A stretch of 64,000 nucleotides of DNA from the NCBI GenBank assembly GCA_041750915.1, contig JBGSYJ010000285.1, positions 848 to 64,847 on the forward strand, read 5' to 3'. Made by a program: the position numbers and the translations under genes. Shown one piece after another: positions 18,745-28,763 of the stretch (positions are counted from its first letter, which is position 1; each line of letters starts with the position of its first letter). The notes beneath the pieces were generated by a model, which was not told the origin of the DNA, ran no database searches, and was given only the letters and a program-made list of their open reading frames with translations. This DNA comes from Thermoanaerobaculia bacterium (lineage in GTDB: Bacteria; Acidobacteriota; Thermoanaerobaculia; Gp7-AA8).

Positions 18745-21300
18745 ATGAAAAATCCGAAATCCGTTTCCTCGACAGACGTATTCAAATTCGGCGGCGTGGC
18801 GGTCGGCAGCGCGGAAGCCGTGCGCGCTGCGGCCGCTCACGTGAGAGCTGCGACAAACCATCCGGTAGTAATCGTCTCCGCGATGAATGGAGTGACGGAT
18901 CTTCTTCTCGGCGTGGCGAACGCTGCCTCCCGCCGAGATCGCGCCGCATGGGAATCGGCGGCGCAGACATTCGCAAAGCGTCACGCCACTCTGATCGAGG
19001 AGCTGTCGATGCCTCGCCGGGCCAGCCGCAAACTCCTCGAGCTGATCGACGAAACGACGGCCGAGATGCTCGCGATGGCGGAGAGCATCTTCATCCTTCG
19101 CGAGCTGACGCGCCGCGCGGAGGATGCGATCGTCGCCCGCGGCGAGAGACTGCTCGCGCGCATCTTCGTCGAGTTCCTTCTGCACTCCGGAACTTCCGCG
19201 GTCTATCTCGATGCCTCCGAGGTCATCTTCACTGCGCGACGTCTGGGAAGCCTCTGGCCCGACTTCGCGAAGTGCGAGCGAGCCGCGAAGAAGCTAATCA
19301 TTCCGCTGATCGAACAGTCGGTCGTTGTCATTCCGGGATTCATCGGATCCGGCCCGGACGGCGAGCTCGTTACCCTCGGACGAGGAGGCTCGGACTTCTC
19401 CGCAGCGATCATCGGGAGGAGTCTTCACTGCCGGAGTGTGACGCTCTTCAAGGAAGTTGACGGGCTCATGACCGCCGATCCGTCGAGTGTCCCGCATGCC
19501 CGCGTGCTTCCCGAGCTTCACTATCGAGAAGCCGCCGAGCTTGCGTTCTACGGTGCGAAAGTGCTCCATCCGCGCACGATGGTGCCACTGGCGGACCGGA
19601 AGATTCCTCTTCATCTTCGCAACACCTTCCGGCCGGAATCGAGCGGCACGCGAATCGCGCATGACGTCAAACCCGGGGACTACCCGGTTCGCGCGCTCAC
19701 CGCGATTCGCAGGCAGGCGCTCGTCGCCATCGAAGGCAGCGGCATGATGGGCGTCCCGGGCGTCGCCGGCCGCGCGTTCACCGCGCTCTCGGACGGCGGC
19801 CACTCGGTCGTGATGATCAGCCAGGCATCGAGCGAAGCGAGCATCTGCTTCGTACTCCCTCAGGATGAGGCAGACCATGCAGTCAAAGCTCTGGATCAGG
19901 CATTCGCGGCGGAGCGCAGGTTGAAGCTGATCGAGCGCATCCACGCCGAGAAGAAAATCGCGCTCATCGCCGTGGTCGGACTCGGAATGAAGGGACGTCC
20001 CGGAATCGCAGCCCGCACGTTCTCGGCGCTGAGCGGCGAAGGGATCAACGTCATTGCTATCGCGCAGGGATCTTCTGAGTTGAACATCACGGTGGCGATC
20101 GACGAGGCCGATGCAACACGGGCGCTGCTGTGTCTGCACTCGGAGTATCAGCTCGATCGTCTCCGCCCGCTCGCGGATGTGACAGGGCGCGAATCGAAGC
20201 TCACGCTGCTCGGATTCGGCAGGATCGGTCGCGCGCTGACCTCGCAGCTGCTCGCGCAGGAGAAACATCTGCGCGACGAGCTCGGAATCGATCTCGAAGT
20301 CGTCGGGGTCGCCGACAGCTCAGGCATCAGGATTGAGGAGAAGGGATTCTCCCGCGCTGCCCTCCAGCGACTCGCGAAGAGCAAGGCTTCGGGTGCGAGG
20401 CTGTTCGATCGCGACTCGCCGCTCACTCTTCCCCAACTCCAGCAGATGCTGCGTGAGGAGCTCTGGATTCTCCCTTCGCACCGGCCCATACTGGTCGATC
20501 TCACATCAGAGGAGACCGCGCCGCTCATCCAGGAGGCACTCGAGCAGGGCTTCCACGTCGTCCTGGCGAACAAGAAGCCGCTGACCGTTCCGCAGATCGA
20601 ATACGACCGGATGACGCAGTCTGCAAAGGAGCGGCACCTGTCGCTGCGGTACGAAGCGACGGCCGGAGCTGGCCTTCCGGTGCTCGACACCGTCTCGAAA
20701 CTCCATGAAGCAGGCGACCGCGTCTCCTCCATTCAAGGCTGCTTCTCGGGTACCCTCGGATATCTGATGAGTGCACTGGAAGACGGCGTCCTTTTTTCTG
20801 ATGCAGTGAGAAAGGCATGGAAGCTCGGATATACCGAGCCCGATCCTCGCGACGATCTCTCGGGGATGGACGTCGCCCGCAAGGCGCTGATCCTCGCGCG
20901 GTCGCTCGGGATTCGCGCCGAAATCTCGGACATCGCCCTCGAGCCTCTGTTCGGATCTGACGTCGACAATGCTGATCCTGCAGGCTTCGTCGAAGGGCTC
21001 GTCGCATTGAATTCTTCGTTCACAGAGAGAGTGGAGAGCGCCCGTCGAGAGAAGAAGGTCCTCCGCTATGTTGCGAACATTTCGAGAAGATCGATTCGCG
21101 TCGGTATCGAAGCGGTTCCGGACTCGTCCCCTTTGGGGAGACTGCGCGGAACTGACAACCAGGTGGTCATCCATTCGCGACGATACAAGACGAATCCTTT
21201 GATCGTTACGGGTCCTGGTGCGGGAGCGGAGGTCACGGCGGCCGGTGTGTTGAATGACATCGTAGCGATCACAACTGAGGAGCGGAGAAGACGGCGATGA
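18745..21300 (+). CDS. thrA: bifunctional aspartokinase / homoserine dehydrogenase
   Basis: Aspartokinase N-terminus VFKFGGVAVGS, two ACT regions and a C-terminal homoserine dehydrogenase domain; 851 aa from the ATG at 18745. Confidence 0.9.
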   Translation: MKNPKSVSSTDVFKFGGVAVGSAEAVRAAAAHVRAATNHPVVIVSAMNGVTDLLLGVANAASRRDRAAWESAAQTFAKRHATLIEELSMPRRASRKLLELIDETTAEMLAMAESIFILRELTRRAEDAIVARGERLLARIFVEFLLHSGTSAVYLDASEVIFTARRLGSLWPDFAKCERAAKKLIIPLIEQSVVVIPGFIGSGPDGELVTLGRGGSDFSAAIIGRSLHCRSVTLFKEVDGLMTADPSSVPHARVLPELHYREAAELAFYGAKVLHPRTMVPLADRKIPLHLRNTFRPESSGTRIAHDVKPGDYPVRALTAIRRQALVAIEGSGMMGVPGVAGRAFTALSDGGHSVVMISQASSEASICFVLPQDEADHAVKALDQAFAAERRLKLIERIHAEKKIALIAVVGLGMKGRPGIAARTFSALSGEGINVIAIAQGSSELNITVAIDEADATRALLCLHSEYQLDRLRPLADVTGRESKLTLLGFGRIGRALTSQLLAQEKHLRDELGIDLEVVGVADSSGIRIEEKGFSRAALQRLAKSKASGARLFDRDSPLTLPQLQQMLREELWILPSHRPILVDLTSEETAPLIQEALEQGFHVVLANKKPLTVPQIEYDRMTQSAKERHLSLRYEATAGAGLPVLDTVSKLHEAGDRVSSIQGCFSGTLGYLMSALEDGVLFSDAVRKAWKLGYTEPDPRDDLSGMDVARKALILARSLGIRAEISDIALEPLFGSDVDNADPAGFVEGLVALNSSFTERVESARREKKVLRYVANISRRSIRVGIEAVPDSSPLGRLRGTDNQVVIHSRRYKTNPLIVTGPGAGAEVTAAGVLNDIVAITTEERRRRR

Positions 21301-22211
21301 GCAGCGGATCCTCATTCGCTCCAGGTTCGATCGGCAACGTCGGCCCGGGCTTCGACGTCCTCGGACTTGCCGTCGAAGCGGCCGGCGACCGCGTAGCCGT
21401 CGAGTTGACGGATGGCGAGGCGAGGGTTGCCGAGGTCACCGGCTTCGATTCCCACCTGATTCCTCTCGAGCCGGAGATGAACGTAGCCGTGATCGCGGCT
21501 CGCGCGTGGCTTCGCGACGCCAAGATTGATGCAAATCCGATCGTGACCATCGTGAAAGGGCTTCCTCTGTCAGGCGGACTCGGAGGGAGCGCGGCCAGCA
21601 GCGTTGCGGGAGCACTTGCGGCCGCGCTGGCGGCTGGAGCAACTCCGACTCCGGAATCGCTGATGCTTGCAGCCCTCGAGGGTGAGACGCTCGTCTCGGG
21701 AAGGCATCTCGACAACATCGCGCCGGCGGTTCTCGGGGGGTTATCTCTCGTCCGCTCGGTGGATCCAATGGACGTGATCTCACTTCCTTATCCGGACGAA
21801 TGGATGCTGGCACTCGTGACGCCGCATGTGCGGGTCGAGACAAAGTCTGCGCGCGGTGTGCTGCCTGAGCTCTGGCAACGGGAACAGTGGATCCGGCAGA
21901 TGGCGAACACCGCTTCGATGGTGCATGCGTTTTCGTCGGGAGACCGCGATCTCATGTGCCGCTCGCTGGTCGACCTTTACGCAGAGCCGAGAAGGGCGAG
22001 CCTGATTCCCCGTTTTCACGAAGTGAAGAAAGCGGCGCTTGAGCATGGCGCCTTCGGTTGTTCGATCAGCGGATCGGGGCCGACGATCTTCGCCCTCGTC
22101 ATGCCTGATGACGCGGAGCGCTGCGCCGACGTGATGGTCGAAGCGGTTGGTGATATCGGCGCCGACAGGATCGTCTCGGCGATCGCGCGTACGGGAGCGA
22201 GGCCTATATGA
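21297..22211 (+). CDS. thrB: homoserine kinase
   Basis: GHMP kinase motif PLSGGLGGSAASSVAG. The start overlaps the thrA stop (ATGA). Confidence 0.9.
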   Translation: MSSGSSFAPGSIGNVGPGFDVLGLAVEAAGDRVAVELTDGEARVAEVTGFDSHLIPLEPEMNVAVIAARAWLRDAKIDANPIVTIVKGLPLSGGLGGSAASSVAGALAAALAAGATPTPESLMLAALEGETLVSGRHLDNIAPAVLGGLSLVRSVDPMDVISLPYPDEWMLALVTPHVRVETKSARGVLPELWQREQWIRQMANTASMVHAFSSGDRDLMCRSLVDLYAEPRRASLIPRFHEVKKAALEHGAFGCSISGSGPTIFALVMPDDAERCADVMVEAVGDIGADRIVSAIARTGARPI

Positions 22212-23413
22212 GTGAATGGCTCGAATGCATCCGCTGCGCGAAACGCTTCGATGCCGGCGTGATCCGGTATGTCTGCGACTGCGAGGGCCTGCTGGGGGTC
22301 GAACGCGAATGGGATGGAATCGATCGGTCGACCTTCGATGCCCGCCGCAGCGGAAGAGGCACGATTGACCGCAGTGGCGTGTGGAGATTCAGAGATGCAG
22401 TGCTGTCGTTGCCGGATGAAGCGATCGTCAGCCATCCGGAGGGCTCGACGCGTCTGTACGAGCGGGAGGGCACCTTCTACAAACACGAAGGCGAGAATCC
22501 GACTGGCTCGTTCAAGGACCGGGGAATGACGGTCGCGGTTTCCCAGGCAGTGCGGCTCGGCGCGCGCGCGGTTGCCTGCGCATCGACCGGAAACACGAGC
22601 GCGTCGCTCGCTGCCTATGCGGCTCAGGCAGGTCTGGACGCCATCGTCATCGTCCCCGCCGGAAAGATCTCCACGGGCAAACTTGCACAGACGCTCGCAT
22701 ACGGCGCGCGGTGCCTGCAGGTGCGCGGAGACTTCGATTCGGCGATGCGTCTCGTCCGGGAGGCCTGCGACGACGCGGGAATCTATCTCGTCAACTCGAT
22801 CAATCCGTTCCGTATCGAGGGACAGAAGACAATCGTATGGGAGCTCCTGCAGGATCTCGACTGGGAGGCGCCCGACTGGATTGTCGTCCCCGCCGGAAAC
22901 CTCGGCAACACGAGCGCATTCGGCAAGGCGCTCCGCGAGGCTTATCGCGCCGGATGGATCACGAAGATGCCGCGAATCGCTTCCATTCAGGCAAGCGGCG
23001 CGAATCCTTTCGCGAGGGGCTTTCGCGAAGCTTTTGCCACGCGGCACACGATGGATGCAGAGACCATCGCCAGCGCAATCCGTATCGGAGATCCTGTGAG
23101 CTGGGAGCGGGCCGTCGCCGCGATTCACGACACAAACGGCGTGGTCGACGATGTGACCGACTCCGAGTTGATGGCGGCGAAGCGGGACATCGACCGTTCA
23201 GGCCTCGGCTGCGAACCGGCGTCCGGCTGCACGCTCGCGGGCGTTCGGAAGCTTCGTGCCACTGGCGTGATCCGTCCGGGCGACGAAGTGGTCTGCATTC
23301 TCACCGGACACATCCTCAAGGACACGGAAGCGGCGATGCAGAATGTCGAGAGCGGGCAGATGATCGAGATCGATCCGACCATCGAGGCATTTCGGAGTGC
23401 GGTCGGGGTGTGA
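22208..23413 (+). CDS. thrC: threonine synthase
   Basis: PLP-lysine motif SFKDRGM and an N-terminal Cys-rich zinc-ribbon-like region. The start overlaps the thrB stop. Confidence 0.9.
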   Translation: MSEWLECIRCAKRFDAGVIRYVCDCEGLLGVEREWDGIDRSTFDARRSGRGTIDRSGVWRFRDAVLSLPDEAIVSHPEGSTRLYEREGTFYKHEGENPTGSFKDRGMTVAVSQAVRLGARAVACASTGNTSASLAAYAAQAGLDAIVIVPAGKISTGKLAQTLAYGARCLQVRGDFDSAMRLVREACDDAGIYLVNSINPFRIEGQKTIVWELLQDLDWEAPDWIVVPAGNLGNTSAFGKALREAYRAGWITKMPRIASIQASGANPFARGFREAFATRHTMDAETIASAIRIGDPVSWERAVAAIHDTNGVVDDVTDSELMAAKRDIDRSGLGCEPASGCTLAGVRKLRATGVIRPGDEVVCILTGHILKDTEAAMQNVESGQMIEIDPTIEAFRSAVGV

Positions 23414-23486
23414 GAGTAGGAGACCACGAGCCAAGGGGGGCAAGGGGCATAGGCAGTAACTTTGACGATGAACCGGTCAGGAGACC

Positions 23487-23580
23487 GAATGTTGAATGTT
23501 GAAATTGTGAATGCTGAATGTTGAATTGGGCACCGGTCTTCATTCACCATTCAAAATTCATAATTTCAACATTCAACATT
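23487..23580. repeat. AT-rich imperfect palindrome (about 40-bp arms) downstream of thrC
   Basis: GAATGTTGAATGTTGAAATTGTGAATG...CATTCAAAATTCATAATTTCAACATTCAACATT sits in an otherwise GC-rich context. It may act as a terminator or protein-binding site. Confidence 0.6.
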
Positions 23581-23692
23581 GCCTTTCTTGGGCAGACTTC
23601 GATCTGAAGCTAGTGCCTATCGGGGCAAGAGGTGAGGGGCCGTGCAAGCAACTCATGTGTAGGCGATTGGCTGCAGAAGTTGCAAGCCCCTG

Positions 23693-23795
23693 ACGCCCCT
23701 CTCCCGGCGCGCGACGATCTCGGAAATCTCACTACTGCGCGGAGCCCGCGCGCCACCCTCTCCCCGACTTCGCGGGGAGAGGGAGAGCACGGCTG
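23693..23795. repeat. CCCTCTCCC/GGGAGAGGG repeat element, copy B
   Basis: ACGCCCCTCTCCCGGCGCGCGACG...CGCGCGCCACCCTCTCCCCGACTTCGCGGGGAGAGGGAGAGCACGG is the reverse complement of copy A. Confidence 0.75.
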
Positions 23796-23895
23796 GTTCT
23801 TAACCGTTCATCCACTGTCCGCCCCCCCCCGAATCTAAACATTCCAGCCATCCCGTCGTACCATCAAAGAGAATACCCACCACCGGGAGGTCTGG

Positions 23896-24672
23896 ATGAA
23901 ATCTGTTCTGTTGATTCTCGTTGCCGCAGCCGTAACTGCGATGCCGCTTCGAGCAGACTGCATTGGAGAAGAAAAGCGGCAGGCTGCGGTGAACGCTGCG
24001 GGCATCAAGTCAGTCCGGATCATCGGACGCTCCGGGACGCTGCTCGTGCAGGGAAAGCCGGGGCTGGGGCAGATTCGCGCTCACGGAACCGCATGCGCCT
24101 CCTCGCGCCAGCTCGCGGGTGATATCAAGCTCGACGTTCGGCGGAATGGAGCAGAGCTGACTGTCGAGGCTTTGATCCCCGAGGATGGCGCTGGTGGCAG
24201 CATCTGGCCGTTCGGGATCGGGCGATACGCCCAGCTGAACCTTACCGTCGAGCTGCCGGACAACCTCCCGGTCGTCGTGATTGACGGAAGCGGTGAGGCA
24301 TGGATCCGGAATGTCGCGTCGGCGAATGTGCGTGACGGCTCTGGCGCGCTGGAGATCTCGAACGTACGGGGAAACCTCCGTGTCGTGGACGGTTCCGGCT
24401 CGATGGAGGTGCGGAACGTGTCCGGAAACGTGGATATCGAGGACGGATCCGGATCGATCGATGTCATCGACGTCGGCGGGACGGTCACGCTGGACGATGG
24501 CTCGGGAAGCATGACGATCATCAACGTTCGCGGCAGCGTGATCGTCGAGAGCGACGGCTCGGGAAGCATCGACGTTTCGAACGTCGGGGGCGACTTCATT
24601 GTCAGGAACGACGGATCGGGCAGCGTGACTCACGACGGCGTGCGGGGTCAGGTGCGGATTCCCGGGGATTGA
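23896..24672 (+). CDS. secreted DUF4097-like (putative adhesin / beta-helix repeat) protein
   Basis: Signal peptide followed by about 8 tandem ~20-aa repeats centred on DGSGS(I/M)xV and NVxG. Confidence 0.65.
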   Translation: MKSVLLILVAAAVTAMPLRADCIGEEKRQAAVNAAGIKSVRIIGRSGTLLVQGKPGLGQIRAHGTACASSRQLAGDIKLDVRRNGAELTVEALIPEDGAGGSIWPFGIGRYAQLNLTVELPDNLPVVVIDGSGEAWIRNVASANVRDGSGALEISNVRGNLRVVDGSGSMEVRNVSGNVDIEDGSGSIDVIDVGGTVTLDDGSGSMTIINVRGSVIVESDGSGSIDVSNVGGDFIVRNDGSGSVTHDGVRGQVRIPGD

Positions 24673-24684
24673 GCGGTCCGCTCT

Positions 24685-25125
24685 TTACTTGAGCTTGTTT
24701 CGGAGCCAGACGTCGAGCGGCATTCCCCCGATATCAGAAGGGAGCGAACCTCCTCCGAGATCGCGACCTTCGGCGAGCGATCTCTGGAGGCTGTCGTCAA
24801 TCAGCGACTGAAGATGATCTCGGCTCTGCTCGTCCATCTCGCGGAAGTGGAGTCCGGAGAGATGTATGGTCTGTCCTTTCGGTCCTGGAGCGACGTGGGA
24901 TAGCGCGCATCGAGTCACCATGGCGGATATCCGGATGGTTTCGCTCTTCCATTGAATCTCGATCTCGATCACTTCCCGGCTCTTGAGCGGTAGTGAGTGC
25001 TGAATACATGCGCCTTCGGTGCTCAGATCGACCAGTGAGATCCGTCGAGAACGGATCGTCCCCGGGAGGGGCTCGGCAAATCGAATTCGCTGGACCCGGC
25101 GGCGCTCTTTCATGGGCGAGATCAT
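24685..25125 (-). CDS. PilZ domain protein (c-di-GMP receptor-like)
   Basis: RRRVQRIR...DLSTEG matches the PilZ RxxxR and D/NxSxxG motifs. The listed ORF start (25185) lies inside a hairpin repeat, so the first downstream ATG is used. Confidence 0.6.
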   Translation of the reverse strand: MISPMKERRRVQRIRFAEPLPGTIRSRRISLVDLSTEGACIQHSLPLKSREVIEIEIQWKSETIRISAMVTRCALSHVAPGPKGQTIHLSGLHFREMDEQSRDHLQSLIDDSLQRSLAEGRDLGGGSLPSDIGGMPLDVWLRNKLK

Positions 25126-25179
25126 ATTGCATGCATCGTGCTGAAGAATGAGGCTTAGCTCACAGACCGCCGTTTGACA

Positions 25180-25208
25180 TGTCATCCTGAGCTGCGCTCA
25201 GGATGACA
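25180..25208. repeat. solo hairpin TGTCATCCTGAGC-TGC-GCTCAGGATGACA
   Basis: A perfect 13-bp inverted repeat that belongs to the same terminus family as the MITE-like element. Confidence 0.7.
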
Positions 25209-25274
25209 CGTGTCCCTTCATTCGACTCTCGGGATGCTGCGGCGTCATGTTAGGATGCGCTCCTCGCCGAGGCC

Positions 25275-27080
25275 ATGACTCCGCAACTCCTGCTCACTCT
25301 CGCTGTCACCGCAGGCACGCTGGTCCTGATGCTGTCGAATCGCGTTCGCGTCGACGTTGCCGGTCTCATCGTGATGACGACGCTGATTCTCCTCAGGCTC
25401 GTTACGCCGGCCGAAGGGATCAGCGGGTTTGCAAATGAGGCGATCGTGACGGTGGCCTGTATGTTCATTCTTTCCGCCGGCCTCATTCGAACCGGCGCCA
25501 TTGATGTGCTCGGGCGCTGGGTAGAACAGCTTGCTGCCAAAAGCGAAACCCGCCTTCTGCTCGTTACCCTCGCGATCGCCGTTCCCCTGAGCGCATTCAT
25601 CAACAACACCCCCGTTGTCACGATGCTGATTCCCCTGATTCTTGGCATCACGCGAAAAACCGGGATTTCTCCTTCCCGCATCTTCATGCCGATCTCGTTC
25701 GGTTCCCAGATGGGCGGGACTCTGACACTCATCGGGACGAGCACAAACCTGCTCGTCGCGGGTCTTATCCTCGAGCTCGGACTGCCGCGAATCGAGCTGT
25801 TCGACATCACCCTCCCGGCGCTCATCCTCACGGGGATTGGTGTGGTTTATCTGGTGACCGCAGGTCGCTTCCTGACGCCGAAACGTGTTGCCGAGCCCGA
25901 CCTTCTCGAGAGCTATGAGTTGCGGGATTACCTCACCGTACTGCGCGTCGCTTCCGAGTCGTCATTTGCGGGCAAGACGCTGAAAGAATCGCGATTCGGA
26001 GATCGAGTCGGGCTGCAGGTGCTCGAGATCGACCGCGCCGGAACGCGGATCTCCATCCCCGGACCTACAACTGGGATCGAGGCTGGAGACATTCTGCTCG
26101 TCGAGGGAAAGAGCGGGGAGATTGCGAAGATTGCTGAAGACGAGCATCTCGAACTGATCGGGGCGGGACCCGAATACGACTTCGCACTGCTCGAGAGAAA
26201 GAAGGAGAACGGGGAAGGAAAGCAGAAGCCGATTCTGGCAGAGGTCATCGTTCCTCCGCGCTCGCCGGTCACTGGCAGAACGCTCCGGCAGCTGAACTTC
26301 AGGGTGCGTCACGGCGGCGTGGTTCTCGGCATCCAGCGCCACCAGATCGCTCTTCATGAGCGGCTCGGGACGATTCGTCTTTCCGCAGGCGACATTTTGC
26401 TGGTGCAGGCCATGAAGGAGGACCTCCAGCGGATGCACGCCTCGGGTGAGCTCGCGTTGCTGGGTGCGCTCGATCTTCCTGCGCGGCGAAAGAAGAAGAT
26501 GTGGATCGCCATATCCATCATGTTGATCGTCGTCCTGCTGCCCGCTTTGAATATTCTGCCGATCATGACTTCCGCTCTCGCGGGGATCGTCGCAATGTTC
26601 CTCACCGGCTGTGTCAAACCGGAAGAGGCGTATGCGGACATCGACTGGATGGTCCTGGTGCTGCTCGGTTCGATGATTCCTCTGGGCCTGGCGATGCAGA
26701 AATCGGGAGCCGCGGAACTGATCGCGAACAATCTGATGTTGCTGGCAACGCCTCTGGGGCTGTATGGCACATTCGCCGTCTTCTATCTTCTGGTTTCGCT
26801 TCTGACCAACATGCTCAGCAACAATGCAGCGGCCGTCGTGCTGACGCCGATCGCAATCTCCAGTGCGCTGGCCCTCGGAGTCTCTCCCATGCCGTTCGTC
26901 ATCGCGGTCATGATGGCGGCCTCCAACAGCTTCCTCACACCGATCGGCTATCAGACAAACACGTTCATCTACGGTCCTGGCGGATACCGGTTCAGCGATT
27001 TCTTCCGGCTGGGTGCTCCCTTGACCGTGATCCTCACGGTCGTTGCAACTTTCGTGATTCCCTACTTTTTTCCATTTTGA
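25275..27080 (+). CDS. SLC13/DASS family permease with two internal TrkA-C domains
   Basis: About 12 TM helices are split by two cytoplasmic TrkA_C-like domains (RVASESSFAGKTLKES...; RTLRQLNFRVRHGGVVLGIQR). Conserved SNNAAAVVLTPIA block. Confidence 0.85.
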   Translation: MTPQLLLTLAVTAGTLVLMLSNRVRVDVAGLIVMTTLILLRLVTPAEGISGFANEAIVTVACMFILSAGLIRTGAIDVLGRWVEQLAAKSETRLLLVTLAIAVPLSAFINNTPVVTMLIPLILGITRKTGISPSRIFMPISFGSQMGGTLTLIGTSTNLLVAGLILELGLPRIELFDITLPALILTGIGVVYLVTAGRFLTPKRVAEPDLLESYELRDYLTVLRVASESSFAGKTLKESRFGDRVGLQVLEIDRAGTRISIPGPTTGIEAGDILLVEGKSGEIAKIAEDEHLELIGAGPEYDFALLERKKENGEGKQKPILAEVIVPPRSPVTGRTLRQLNFRVRHGGVVLGIQRHQIALHERLGTIRLSAGDILLVQAMKEDLQRMHASGELALLGALDLPARRKKKMWIAISIMLIVVLLPALNILPIMTSALAGIVAMFLTGCVKPEEAYADIDWMVLVLLGSMIPLGLAMQKSGAAELIANNLMLLATPLGLYGTFAVFYLLVSLLTNMLSNNAAAVVLTPIAISSALALGVSPMPFVIAVMMAASNSFLTPIGYQTNTFIYGPGGYRFSDFFRLGAPLTVILTVVATFVIPYFFPF

Positions 27081-27160
27081 AGTTCGGATATCTGCAGCCA
27101 GGACAAGTCCGCCCGAAACCCGGCCGCTATCTGTACTGGATCCAACACTATCGACAGGAG

Positions 27161-27634
27161 ATGCACTTCATGATCGAAGCAGGCCAGCAGTTCCCTCATT
27201 TTTCGCTACCTGACCAGAATGGCAGAGCGCGGAGTCTCGAAGACTACGCCGGCAAGTGGCTCGTCGTATATTTCTATCCGGAGGACGACACGCCCGGCTG
27301 CACGATTCAGGGCAAGTCCTTCACTGCTTCACGAAAGGATTTCGAGGATGCGGGGATCGACGTCGTCGGCGTGAGCCAGGATGATGTCGACTCGCACAAG
27401 AGCTTCTGCGACAAGTTCGCCTTCACAATCGATCTGCTCGCCGATACGAACGCGGATCTTCTTCGCGCCTGCGGCGTGGGACAAACCGAGTGGAACGGAA
27501 CGATGTTCTGGGACCGGACGAGTTTCGTGATCGATCCTTCCGGACAGGTGCGGAAGACTTACACGAAGGTCAGCCCGCAGGGTCATGAACAGGTGCTGCT
27601 GGACGATATCCGCGAGATGCAGAAGGGCGGGTGA
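27161..27634 (+). CDS. bcp: peroxiredoxin Bcp (thiol peroxidase, AhpC/TSA family)
   Basis: FSLPDQ plus VVYFYPEDDTPGCT (peroxidatic Cys) resembles E. coli Bcp. CAGGAG lies immediately 5' of the ATG. Confidence 0.85.
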   Translation: MHFMIEAGQQFPHFSLPDQNGRARSLEDYAGKWLVVYFYPEDDTPGCTIQGKSFTASRKDFEDAGIDVVGVSQDDVDSHKSFCDKFAFTIDLLADTNADLLRACGVGQTEWNGTMFWDRTSFVIDPSGQVRKTYTKVSPQGHEQVLLDDIREMQKGG

Positions 27635-27651
27635 AGCAATTATAACGAGCT

Positions 27652-27823
27652 TGTCATCCCGAGCCTGGTCGTGCGGGCGGGAGGGGCGAGGGACCTCCGG
27701 CGATAGTACATAGTTCATTCGTCTCGGAAAAAGTCGACGTGCGGACTTCTCCTCGAGGCGACTATGTACCAGCGCGTGAGGTCCCTCGCCCCTCCCGCAC
27801 ACCCACGCTTGCTCGGGATGACA
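27652..27823. repeat. MITE-like palindromic element, copy 3
   Basis: Same architecture as copies 1, 2 and 4; it directly abuts the bcp stop. Confidence 0.85.
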
Positions 27824-27862
27824 AGCCCGTTCGTTTCCGCCAGTACGCACCGGTTTACAACA

Positions 27863-28732
27863 TCACCGCGCCGCGACGCGAAGCGTTTTGAACCCGAGCT
27901 TTTCGAACATTGCGGCGGCACGTGCTTCGTCCGGGCCTTTGTATTCGAGCTCTGCGAGCGTCGTACGGATCGGCGCGTCGCGCGCAACCGTTGCCAGGCG
28001 CTTCGAGAGGCCGGCCAGCTTCACGTCGGCTGCCAGTTTCGCCGCCGTAGAGCCGGCGCCGCGCGCGCGGCTGGCCAGCATCGCAGGGAGATTCTCGTAG
28101 ATCCCTTCGAGGGAACCGTACTTCTGGAGCAGCTGCGCCGCGGTCTTCGGTCCGATTCCCCGCACACCCGGAATGTTGTCGACCGCGTCTCCCGCGAGCC
28201 CCAGAAAGTCGGTGATCTGATCGGGACGGACGCCGAACTTCGCCTCAACGGCTTTCGCGTCGAGTCGCGTGTGTTTTGCAAAGTCGTAAATCGTTATACG
28301 GTCATCGACGAGCTGACAGAGATCCTTGTCGGAGGTGACGACTACGTAGTGGCAGCCCGATTCCGAGGTCTGCTCGATGATGGTCGCGATCAGATCGTCC
28401 GCTTCGTAGTCCGGGTCGATAAATACCGCCATTCCCATTGCCTCCGCGACCTCGAGGCAGGGGACGTTCTGGGCTTCGATCTCTGCCGGAGCGTCAGGTC
28501 GATGCGCTTTGTATTGAGGATAGATCTTATTGCGAAAGCTCCGATTGAAGTTTTTGTCGAACGTCACGGCCATGTGCGTCGGCTTTTCCTCGGCGAGATA
28601 CTTGATGAGGAACGCTGTGAATCCGTAGATCGCATTCACAGGGTTCCCTCCCGGATCCTTGATGGAGGAGGGGAGAGAGTGGAACGCCCGGAAGATGTAC
28701 GGGCTCGCGTCGATGAGGTGAACGGTCGTCAT
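27863..28732 (-). CDS. xni: 5'-3' exonuclease / flap endonuclease (Xni/ExoIX-like, H3TH domain)
   Basis: The SLEGIYENL and GVRGIGPKTA motifs and the acidic cluster DPDYEADDL resemble E. coli Xni. Confidence 0.85.
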   Translation of the reverse strand: MTTVHLIDASPYIFRAFHSLPSSIKDPGGNPVNAIYGFTAFLIKYLAEEKPTHMAVTFDKNFNRSFRNKIYPQYKAHRPDAPAEIEAQNVPCLEVAEAMGMAVFIDPDYEADDLIATIIEQTSESGCHYVVVTSDKDLCQLVDDRITIYDFAKHTRLDAKAVEAKFGVRPDQITDFLGLAGDAVDNIPGVRGIGPKTAAQLLQKYGSLEGIYENLPAMLASRARGAGSTAAKLAADVKLAGLSKRLATVARDAPIRTTLAELEYKGPDEARAAAMFEKLGFKTLRVAAR

Positions 28733-28763
28733 ATTGTCGATTTCAGGCTCGCGGATCCGGCTT

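Noticed and set aside
18433-19185. 250-codon N-terminal extension of the M14 peptidase ORF
   Set aside because: The region is an Arg/His-rich junk translation that overlaps the repeat element. A strong ribosome-binding site and a signal peptide mark the true start at 18432.
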